A DNA stretch of 43,990 nucleotides, taken from the NCBI GenBank assembly GCA_964474855.1, contig CAYYUB010000002.1:1-43990 (forward strand), written 5' to 3'. Shown here one piece after another: positions 28,147-35,265 of this stretch. The DNA is from an uncultured bacterium. Lineage in GTDB: Bacteria; Hydrothermota; UBA3072. Both the position numbers and the translations under genes were made by a program. The notes under the pieces were generated by a model. The model saw only the letters and a list, made by a program, of their open reading frames with translations, ran no database searches and had not been told where the DNA came from. Position 1 is the stretch's first letter, and every line of letters begins with the position of its first letter.

Positions 28147-29445
28147 CTATGCTCTGAAAATCTTATCGCTTTTAATATCGGAAAGAGCGTTTCTTGTATC
28201 TACAACAATAGAAGAATTCTCAACAATATTTTTGTAATCGATATCTGAATGAGCAGTAACAATAATAACCCCATCCTGTTCCTTTAGAAATTCTTCTGTC
28301 AGTTTTACCGAACTCATGACCAAATCGGTCTGTCTCAGATCATATATCGCAGGAATATAAGGATCATAATAGGACACCTCTGCCCCACCTTTTTGAAGAA
28401 GCTCAATTATCTTTATACCCGGAGACTCTCTGGAATCATCAATATCTTTCTTATAAGCAATACCTATAACAAGAATTTTAGAACCCTTCAATGATTTATT
28501 ATTCTTATTTAAAGCGGAGATAGTTTTCATCACAACATATTCGGGCATCATTGTGTTAATCTCCCCGGCAAGTTCAATGAATTTGGTGTTAATTCCAAAT
28601 TTTCGCGCTTTCCAAGAAAGATAAAAAGGATCTATCGGAATACAATGCCCTCCAAGTCCCGGCCCGGGATAAAAAGGTTTAAAACCAAAAGGTTTCGTCT
28701 TAGCCGCCTCGATTACCTCCCACACGTTTATCCCCATCTTGTCAAATATAATTTTCAGCTCATTCACGAGAGCAATATTTACAGAACGATAAGTATTCTC
28801 CAATATTTTTGTCGCTTCGGCAACCTCAGCAGATGAAACTTCCACAATTTCGTCGAAAATAGTGTTATAAATTTCAACAACTTTCCTTCTCGACTGTTCT
28901 GTAATACCCCCAATCACTTTTGGAATATTTTTCGTAGTAAATTTTTCATTGCCCGGGTCTTCTCTTTCAGGAGAAAACGCGAGATAAAAACCCATATCCA
29001 ATTCATTCCCCGCATTCTCTAATATTGGAAGCAAAATTTCTCTGGTAGTACCGGGATAAACTGTAGATTCAAGAACAACTATAGCTCCCTGTTTCAAATT
29101 CTCCGCTATTGACTTTGCCGAATCCTCAACAAAAGATAAATCAGGCTGACGGTATTTATCAAGCGGGGTCGGAACACAAATAGATACCAAATCCACTTCG
29201 TTTAACCTCAAAAAATCAGTAGTGGCAGTAAAAAGACCGGAATTAAGAAAATCTTTGACCTTATCCTCTTGTATATGCTTTAAATAAATTTCTCCTCTGG
29301 AAAGCTTGTCAATCTTTCTTTCATCAATATCAAAACCAATAGTTTTGTATCCGGCACGTACAAATTCCATCGCGAGAGGTAACCCAACATAACCTAACCC
29401 AATTACCCCAAGGACTTTTTCGCGTTTCTCTTCATTATTTTTCAT
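28147..29445 (-). CDS. UDP-N-acetyl-hexosamine 6-dehydrogenase (nucleotide-sugar dehydrogenase, WbpA/WecC/Cap5O group)
   Basis: GVIGLGYVGLPLA NAD-binding N-terminus and the catalytic GGHCIPIDP motif. 432 aa. Confidence 0.9.
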   Translation of the reverse strand: MKNNEEKREKVLGVIGLGYVGLPLAMEFVRAGYKTIGFDIDERKIDKLSRGEIYLKHIQEDKVKDFLNSGLFTATTDFLRLNEVDLVSICVPTPLDKYRQPDLSFVEDSAKSIAENLKQGAIVVLESTVYPGTTREILLPILENAGNELDMGFYLAFSPEREDPGNEKFTTKNIPKVIGGITEQSRRKVVEIYNTIFDEIVEVSSAEVAEATKILENTYRSVNIALVNELKIIFDKMGINVWEVIEAAKTKPFGFKPFYPGPGLGGHCIPIDPFYLSWKARKFGINTKFIELAGEINTMMPEYVVMKTISALNKNNKSLKGSKILVIGIAYKKDIDDSRESPGIKIIELLQKGGAEVSYYDPYIPAIYDLRQTDLVMSSVKLTEEFLKEQDGVIIVTAHSDIDYKNIVENSSIVVDTRNALSDIKSDKIFRA

Positions 29446-29451
29446 AAAGTG

Positions 29452-29479
29452 AATATATTACTACTTTCTTATGTGTCAA
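29452..29479 (-). promoter_or_regulatory. Candidate promoter; -10 box ends 6 nt before ATG 29445 (leaderless-type)
   Basis: TTGACA(29479-29474)-16 nt-TATATT(29457-29452)-cacttt-ATG. No SD. Confidence 0.55.
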
Positions 29480-29487
29480 GACTAATT

Positions 29488-29757
29488 ACCACACAACCCT
29501 CATTTTTTCAACCACAGAGAACACAAAACCCTTCATCCACACCAAATTTGAACCACGAGATTTCACAAGATTAACACAAGATTTTCTGTTTCTTTAAAAA
29601 CCCACCCCAACAACGAATGATTAGCCACGGATGAACACGGATATAAAAAGGATATAAAATATTTTTTATTTAATAACAATAATATAGGGTAAGTGAGGGG
29701 ATCTGTGTCTATCGGTGAAAATCAGTGGCTGTTATTAATTAAATCCTCTGTGGTTAA
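29488..29757. repeat. Mosaic intergenic repeat block B (internally mirrored)
   Basis: AACCACAGAG (29510-29519) and CTCTGTGGTT (29746-29755) act as 10-nt terminal inverted repeats. Forward modules occupy 29551-29581 and 29596-29643. The centre AAAATATTTT is at 29656-29665. Reverse modules occupy 29686-29736. Confidence 0.8.
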
Positions 29758-29834
29758 AGATTTCGGGAGGCAGGCAATAATAGTTATGAGTGTACATGAG
29801 TAAATGGGTTAATGGGAAAGTTAGCGCCGCATAC

Positions 29835-29862
29835 TTGATTTTAAAATTCTTTTTCCTATATT
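29835..29862 (+). promoter_or_regulatory. Candidate promoter; -10 box ends 9 nt before ATG 29872
   Basis: TTGATT-16 nt-TATATT-cgtataacc-ATG. No SD. Confidence 0.35.
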
Positions 29863-29871
29863 CGTATAACC

Positions 29872-30690
29872 ATGTATAAATATTTTAAGAATATCAGGAG
29901 GGTTCTCAAAACAATAAATAATCCTTTAAAAAAATCCGAAAATGTTTCCGAGAAAGATAAGCTTGAAAGAGAATTTTACGATAAAGAGGCTGAAAAGTAT
30001 CTGCAAAATTTTGACGAAAATCTATTCCGATATGACGAAAACGAACCTTTCCCTCCAAGACATAAATTTTTCTATTCATTATTGGAAAACATTAAAGGGA
30101 AACATATACTTGATTGCTGCTGCGGATGGGGCTTCACTTCGGTGAAGCTCGCAAAACGAGGAGCTTTTATTTCAGGGATAGATATCTCCCCTAAAACGAT
30201 AAAACTGGCAGAAAAAAATGCACGGTTCAATAATGTATCCAAATTTATAAAATCAAAAATTATGTCGGTTCAACAGATGTCATTCGATGACAACACTTTT
30301 GACTATGCTGTTGGCCTTGGAGCCTTACATCATTTAAATTTAGAACTTGTAGGGAAAGAAATCAGCCGGGTGTTGAAACCGGGAGGAAAGGCTATTTTTC
30401 TTGAACCAAGGATTCCCTTCAGATGGATTATGGCTTTTAGAAGCGTAACTCCAATAAATTGTTACGAATCTCCGGGAGGAGGATCTTTAAGTGACAGAGA
30501 AGTATATGAATTTTCGCGTTACTTTTCAGACTACAGAGTTTATTATTTTCTACTACTAAGAAAATTTTTCAGGTTTCCTCTTTTAACTAAATTTGCCTCC
30601 AAAACGGACAAGATTGATTACTTACTTATCAACAAACTCCCGATTTTAAGAAAATTTTGCTGGGCTTTCGTCCTTGAGTTCACAAAATAG
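29872..30690 (+). CDS. Class I SAM-dependent methyltransferase
   Basis: ILDCCCGWGFTSVKLAKRGAFISGIDIS (motif I), VGLGALHHL and LKPGGKAIFLEP. Confidence 0.8.
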   Translation: MYKYFKNIRRVLKTINNPLKKSENVSEKDKLEREFYDKEAEKYLQNFDENLFRYDENEPFPPRHKFFYSLLENIKGKHILDCCCGWGFTSVKLAKRGAFISGIDISPKTIKLAEKNARFNNVSKFIKSKIMSVQQMSFDDNTFDYAVGLGALHHLNLELVGKEISRVLKPGGKAIFLEPRIPFRWIMAFRSVTPINCYESPGGGSLSDREVYEFSRYFSDYRVYYFLLLRKFFRFPLLTKFASKTDKIDYLLINKLPILRKFCWAFVLEFTK

Positions 30691-30740
30691 AACTGATTTC
30701 ATTATATTTCTCCCGGGATAAACAACAGCCTAAATAGACC

Positions 30741-30768
30741 TTGACAGCAAAGATTAATAATCTAACTT
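30741..30768 (+). promoter_or_regulatory. Candidate promoter; -10 box ends 7 nt before ATG 30776 (leaderless-type)
   Basis: TTGACA-16 nt-TAACTT-tctctca-ATG. No SD. Confidence 0.4.
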
Positions 30769-30775
30769 TCTCTCA

Positions 30776-31279
30776 ATGAAAAAAGAATTTGCTTCCATCC
30801 CATTTTTCGGACCCGGAAAAAAAGTAATCGATATAGGATGCTGGGATAATATCGAACCTTCAATAACACTGGCTTCAAAAGGAACCATTGTTTTTGCAGT
30901 AGACCGCTACCAAAAAATGACAGAGTTCAAAGAAAAACTTCTCAACTCAATTGAAAATAAAAAAGTCAGCAAAGAAATTTCAGAAAAAATTATTCCTTTA
31001 AAAGCAAACGCAATAAACCTGCCCTTCCCGGGGCAATGTATTGACGGAATACTTTTTCTATATTCAATATCCTGGCTAGAACAGTTCGGTACAGAACCTT
31101 TGATAGCTTATAAAGAAGCTATGAGGGTTTTAAAAAATGATGGATTAGTAATTATAACTGAATCAAACAACACCAGAGCGGAAATCCAGGAAAAATTCCT
31201 AAATACAATGATGAAAACGGAAAGAAGCGGAAATATTGTTATTGGAAGGAAATTCGCGCCCGAAGAAGAACTATTTTAA
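30776..31279 (+). CDS. Short methyltransferase-fold protein with a degenerate SAM motif
   Basis: VIDIGCWDN replaces the usual G-x-G-x-G motif. LKNDGLVIITE is post-motif-like. 167 aa. Confidence 0.55.
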   Translation: MKKEFASIPFFGPGKKVIDIGCWDNIEPSITLASKGTIVFAVDRYQKMTEFKEKLLNSIENKKVSKEISEKIIPLKANAINLPFPGQCIDGILFLYSISWLEQFGTEPLIAYKEAMRVLKNDGLVIITESNNTRAEIQEKFLNTMMKTERSGNIVIGRKFAPEEELF

Positions 31280-31280
31280 A

Positions 31281-31515
31281 ATAGCCACAAAGACACAAAG
31301 ATAATGGGACACAGATAAACGCAGATTGAAAAGGATTTTTTATTTCTAAATTCCTCCCAACCCAAAAATATATAGACAGGATAAAAAAAGGATTTACAGG
31401 ATTTTTATTTGTTGGTATTTTAAATTCCAACCCAACGAACCCAATGAACTCAACAAACTCCATAAACTAATAATCGCACAGATTAACACTGATTTTAAAA
31501 GATTTTTTGTTTTGT
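31281..31515. repeat. Mosaic intergenic repeat block C
   Basis: gccacaaagacacaaag (31284-31300), acgcagattgaaaaggatttttt (31319-31341), a 42-nt exact inverted match to block F (31373-31414), and aataatcgcacagattaacactgatt (31469-31494). Confidence 0.9.
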
Positions 31516-31575
31516 TTGACTTCTCAGTTGTACCACCATGTGCCTGAACTCTCCCCCGAATTAATAGACTCGCCC

Positions 31576-31604
31576 TTGACCTTTTTTAAGATACCGATTA
31601 TAAT
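31576..31604 (+). promoter_or_regulatory. Near-consensus sigma70-type promoter with a leader of about 170 nt before the 31779 methyltransferase gene
   Basis: TTGACC-17 nt-TATAAT. Confidence 0.55.
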
Positions 31605-31691
31605 CTTTAATAATAAATAAAAAATTAAAAAGGATAACTACATCGTCGAAAATCAACATTATATTAGACCAGATTTTCCAAATAGGAGGAA

Positions 31692-31748
31692 ATGATTAAG
31701 CTAAATAGGGGTAAAGGTGACATTATCGTCTATGAACCAGTTAGGTGA
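31692..31748 (+). CDS. Possible 18-codon upstream ORF in the leader of the 31779 methyltransferase gene
   Basis: AGGAGG lies 5 nt before ATG 31692. Hand translation: MIKLNRGKGDIIVYEPVR*. Located between the consensus promoter (31576-31604) and the ATG at 31779. Confidence 0.3.
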   Translation: MIKLNRGKGDIIVYEPVR

Positions 31749-31778
31749 AAACCGTTTAAACCACTAAGGAAGATTTAT

Positions 31779-32582
31779 ATGAAAAAAAACAAGGCAATTG
31801 AACATAATATCCGGGGCCATGATAGCATCTATAATAAATATGAGCAAATACATGGTGAAATTTTTAACCCTATAGAACAAGAGCGTCTCCGTAAACAACT
31901 CTCACTAGCGATTAGATATATCAAAACATCTTCAATCCAAAAAGAAGCGCTTGATTATGGCTGTGGATCAGGGAATCTTACACAACATATGATTGCCTTA
32001 GGTTTTTATGTGGTTTCTACGGACATCTCGGAAAAATTTCTCACACTTATTAAAGAAAAATATAACCATACTGAAAAATCAGAGCCCTTGAAAATCAATG
32101 GACAAGACTTGTCTAATATTGAAAATAATCGGTTTGATTTTGTTGCCACTTACTCTGTATTGCATCACGTTCCGGATTATCTACAAATAATCAAAGAGAT
32201 GGTTCGAGTAGCTAAACCAGGAGGCATTATATATCTTGATCACGAAGCGAATGAATCCTACTGGAAGAGTAATGAGTATGTCGAATTTCTACAATTAGTT
32301 CAACCTAAAAAAAATTGGAAAAGATTTTTAAAGTTATCGAGTTACATTAACAAAATTCGAACAATTATAAATCCGCGATATTCAGCATGGGGAGATATAC
32401 ATGTTTGGCCGGATGATCATATAGAATGGAATGAAATCGAAAATTTATTAGCAAATTGTGGATGCGAAATTGTTTTGAAAGAAGATTATTTGCTGTATAG
32501 AAAAGGTTATCCTGTCGATATTTATCAAGCGTACAAAAATAAAATTAATGAAACGCGAGTGTTAATTGCGCGTAAAAAATGA
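31779..32582 (+). CDS. Class I SAM-dependent methyltransferase
   Basis: ALDYGCGSGNLTQHMIALGFYVVSTDIS, VLHHVPD and AKPGGIIYLDHE. AAGGAAG SD. Confidence 0.8.
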   Translation: MKKNKAIEHNIRGHDSIYNKYEQIHGEIFNPIEQERLRKQLSLAIRYIKTSSIQKEALDYGCGSGNLTQHMIALGFYVVSTDISEKFLTLIKEKYNHTEKSEPLKINGQDLSNIENNRFDFVATYSVLHHVPDYLQIIKEMVRVAKPGGIIYLDHEANESYWKSNEYVEFLQLVQPKKNWKRFLKLSSYINKIRTIINPRYSAWGDIHVWPDDHIEWNEIENLLANCGCEIVLKEDYLLYRKGYPVDIYQAYKNKINETRVLIARKK

Positions 32583-32640
32583 TCTTCGCCTGACACAACA
32601 TTATTAAAGAAAATTCAACCCTGAAGAAAAACTTTTTTAA

Positions 32641-32842
32641 TATTACCGCAGAGACACTGAGAACGCAGAGAAAAAAAAAGAGAGTTTCTTTGTTGTTTTT
32701 TTACTAAATCCCAAACCCAAAATTCTAAATCCTAATTTTGTAATTTTGCTTTTTAATTTTTGATATTTTATTTTCAAGTTTTAACTGACCAACGCACCAA
32801 CCGTCTAACCGACCAACGGATTAATTTTATTAATCCAACCCC
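32641..32842. repeat. Mosaic intergenic repeat block D
   Basis: accgcagagacactgagaacgcagag (32645-32670). 32687-32778 is a direct copy of 35052-35138, and is followed by ccaacgcaccaaccgtctaaccgaccaacgg. Confidence 0.85.
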
Positions 32843-34447
32843 TCACCTTCCCACAGAAACAACTGTCTTTTCTATACTTCTCGTAGAGCCGTCAGCGTCT
32901 TCGATCAATAAAAAAACTACGTAGAGACCTGTAGGAACTATCTCACTCCTGCTGTCTTTTCCATCCCATATCCACTCTCCTCTTTCCCCTCCATAACTAT
33001 CTCTATTTTCACGTAAAAGATGCCCTCTCCTATCATATATTTTGACAGTCACTTCATTTCTCAGGTAAGGAAGATTAAAAGAAATCACACAAGTTTCACC
33101 TACCCCATCCCCATCAGGTGTAAAATGCTCAGGAGTTACTGCAAGAGAAACGTCCGTTCTCTTATACTCGGCGAATACTGAATTTACCTCTCCCGGCGTA
33201 CCACCTTCCCCTACGGACTGCCCCCAATTTGTGGGATTATCGGAAGATATTTCCGGATTGATTCTTTCTAAAGAATAATTTCTCTCGGCATTATTCGCGG
33301 AATAAACCACCCTATCCAAAACAAATCCATTCTCATCAAATAAAAAAACACTATCTCCACTGTTTGAAAATGATAGACTCATCTCTAAAACCGAGGAAGG
33401 TATATTGCCATAATAACTCAAAAAAGAAGTAGAATCCGAGGTGATTACAAGAAAATCTCCGGGAAGAACTTCTATATCTGAAGAAGAAACATTATCTATT
33501 CTAAAAGAATCCAGTGAAACCTTATATTCAGATCTATTAAAAAGTTCTACCCATTCGGGCGGTCCACCTGGCGCATACATAATCTCATTTATAACAAAGC
33601 CCGATATTCCATCTCCTATCCTGACCCTTCTAAAAATAGTTTCACCTATCAAATCAAAACCAATAATATAAACACCTTCTGATAATAGCGAAAAATCAAT
33701 TCGGAAGGAAGAATCCTGCGAAATATCGAGAAGAGTAAAAGTATTAATTAACTCTCCTGCATCAAGAATCCTATTTTTATTCTCGTCATTAAAAACCTCT
33801 ATCGTTCCGCTTAATGCCACATCATGAGAATTAACCAAAAGAACCGATATATTATTGCCCAGAACCCAGAGAGAATCAAATAAGAAATCGGGAGCCGAAT
33901 AAACCGAATTCTCTCTTCCGGGTGTAGAACCGGAAACATCTTCACAAGCCCTCCAGTTCTCAGGAATATCACCGCTATAAGGGTAACCCCTTTCTATGGA
34001 AATTCCATCTCCCGGATTAGAAGGATTATAATATGTAGAAACCGTATCTCCAGCCGGAGAGATAAGGGCAATCGGATCCGTAGTTGCAAGCCCATTTCCT
34101 ATTGCAGCATCACCCACTGTAAGCAAAATACAGGAAGGAACGCCGTAGGGCATATAATTCTCACCCGAATCTACATACTCGGGATCCAATATAAGCGCAA
34201 ATTCTCCCGGCAAAACAATAGCGATAGAATCTCCGGAAAGAGCATGGAAAGGAACAATTTCATCAACAGCATCAAAATCAAAATCCGTAATCTTCCAACC
34301 ATCTAAATTTACCGTGTCGGGACCCGTATTAAAAACTTCAATAAACTCATTCCTATCCTCAGGAGATCCAACCCCACTGGACCCAAGAGGGTTTGACATT
34401 ACCTCGTTGATACAAACAGCAGAAAATAACAAAAATAAAAAACACAT
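32843..34447 (-). CDS. Secreted protein with two lamin-tail (LTD) domains, a central Ig-like region and a FlgD-Ig/T9SS-type C-terminal beta-sandwich
   Basis: Signal peptide MCFLFLLFSAVC. LTD signatures INEVMSNP...NEFIEVFNTG...LDGWKI and INEIMYAPGGPPEWVELFN. C-terminus VTVKIYDRRGHLL...WDGKDSRSEIVPTGLYVVFLL. Confidence 0.7.
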   Translation of the reverse strand: MCFLFLLFSAVCINEVMSNPLGSSGVGSPEDRNEFIEVFNTGPDTVNLDGWKITDFDFDAVDEIVPFHALSGDSIAIVLPGEFALILDPEYVDSGENYMPYGVPSCILLTVGDAAIGNGLATTDPIALISPAGDTVSTYYNPSNPGDGISIERGYPYSGDIPENWRACEDVSGSTPGRENSVYSAPDFLFDSLWVLGNNISVLLVNSHDVALSGTIEVFNDENKNRILDAGELINTFTLLDISQDSSFRIDFSLLSEGVYIIGFDLIGETIFRRVRIGDGISGFVINEIMYAPGGPPEWVELFNRSEYKVSLDSFRIDNVSSSDIEVLPGDFLVITSDSTSFLSYYGNIPSSVLEMSLSFSNSGDSVFLFDENGFVLDRVVYSANNAERNYSLERINPEISSDNPTNWGQSVGEGGTPGEVNSVFAEYKRTDVSLAVTPEHFTPDGDGVGETCVISFNLPYLRNEVTVKIYDRRGHLLRENRDSYGGERGEWIWDGKDSRSEIVPTGLYVVFLLIEDADGSTRSIEKTVVSVGR

Positions 34448-34455
34448 CTTGATTC

Positions 34456-34483
34456 ATTATAGAAGAAAAATATTGAATGTCAA
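34456..34483 (-). promoter_or_regulatory. Consensus promoter of the LTD-protein gene; -10 box ends 8 nt before ATG 34447 (leaderless-type)
   Basis: TTGACA(34483-34478)-16 nt-TATAAT(34461-34456)-gaatcaag-ATG. No SD. Confidence 0.6.
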
Positions 34484-34504
34484 GAACTCCCCCTAATGAC
34501 AAAA

Positions 34505-34886
34505 ATGGAAAACAAACATTCATTTGACCATAATTAAATTACTATAATGGCAAAACTTGACCATGTGGAAAACTTGTTGGAAAAATTCTACCCATGGACT
34601 AATTCACTGATTACCAATACTTTAAACCATATAACTTATCCACAACGTTTTATTATAAATCCTTCACTATTAGGAACTTAACAAAAGCGCAAGGTAATAA
34701 TAGAAATTGTATCGCTTATCAACTTTTTTATATCGGATTTTCCCCTAACGGAAATCTCTTCGTGGAAAATCTTGAAATACCCCAACTGTAAAACAAAAAA
34801 TTCTTAAAAAAAATTTTTAGAATTTTTTTATAGAGAATAAGCTTAGAGATTTTCTTACCCGTAAAAAGTTAACAAACTGTGGAAGG
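34505..34886. other. Cluster of DnaA-box-like 9-mers plus an A/T palindrome in an 853-nt gene-free gap
   Basis: TTATCCACA is perfect at 34636-34644. TTTTCCACA lies at 34564-34572 (reverse). TTTTCCACg lies at 34761-34769 (reverse). ccTTCCACA lies at 34878-34886 (reverse). There are further TGGAAAA cores at 34505 and 34578. The palindrome is AAAAAATTCT(34795-34804)/AGAATTTTTT(34819-34828). Confidence 0.3.
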
Positions 34887-34910
34887 TAAGTTATTGATAG
34901 GCGACATCCT

Positions 34911-35140
34911 AACGCGGCAAAGCCGCTAAAATGTAAAAATTAAATATCAAAATGTAAAATTATAAAAAAGAATTCAGAAGCCAGGAGTCGGAATCCAGAA
35001 TCCCAACCCAACTCCCAAAAAAATTATTGAACCACAAAGTGCACAAAGATTTTCTTTTTGTTTTTTTACTAAATCCTAAATCCAAAATCCTGAATCCTAA
35101 TTTATTATTTTGCTTTTTGATTTTTGATATTTGATTTACC
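34911..35140. repeat. Mosaic intergenic repeat block E
   Basis: Hairpin plus AAAATGTAAAAATTAAATATCAAAATG (34914-34962), cccaacccaactccc, accacaaagtgcacaaag (35031-35048), and a direct copy of block D (35052-35138). Confidence 0.85.
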
Positions 35141-35234
35141 AGAAAAAGACGAAGAAATAAAATGGGATATTTTTTGCAAAAAAAAACAAAAAGTTGACTG
35201 ACAGTACTATAGAGAAGCGAACTTCTTAATGAAA

Positions 35235-35265
35235 GAAACCCGGGGAATTCACCTCTCAGGGTTTC
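35235..35265 (-). terminator. Stem-loop downstream of the porin-like gene
   Basis: GAAACCC(35235-35241)...GGGTTTC(35259-35265), a 7-bp stem with a 17-nt loop. It is followed by a T-run on both strands and begins 36 nt after the stop. Confidence 0.45.

Noticed and set aside
31239-31463. ORFs called across repeat blocks: 31239..31463 (-), 37445..37693 (-), 40284..40592 (-)
   Set aside because: They lie entirely in mosaic repeat DNA and have no SD. Their translations are repeat-derived strings (SLCLCGY, NPCSSVAI, SVYSVCSVFLCALCG). I interpret them as translation artefacts of the repeat modules.
34547-34681. 44-codon plus-strand ORF (MAKLDHVENLLEKFYPWTNSLITNTLNHITYPQRFIINPSLLGT) in the gene-free gap
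   Set aside because: It has no SD. The nearby TTGACC/TATAAT pair has only a 13-nt spacer and the -10 overlaps the ATG. I recognise no family. It is kept only as a possible remnant; the region is discussed under the DnaA-box finding.
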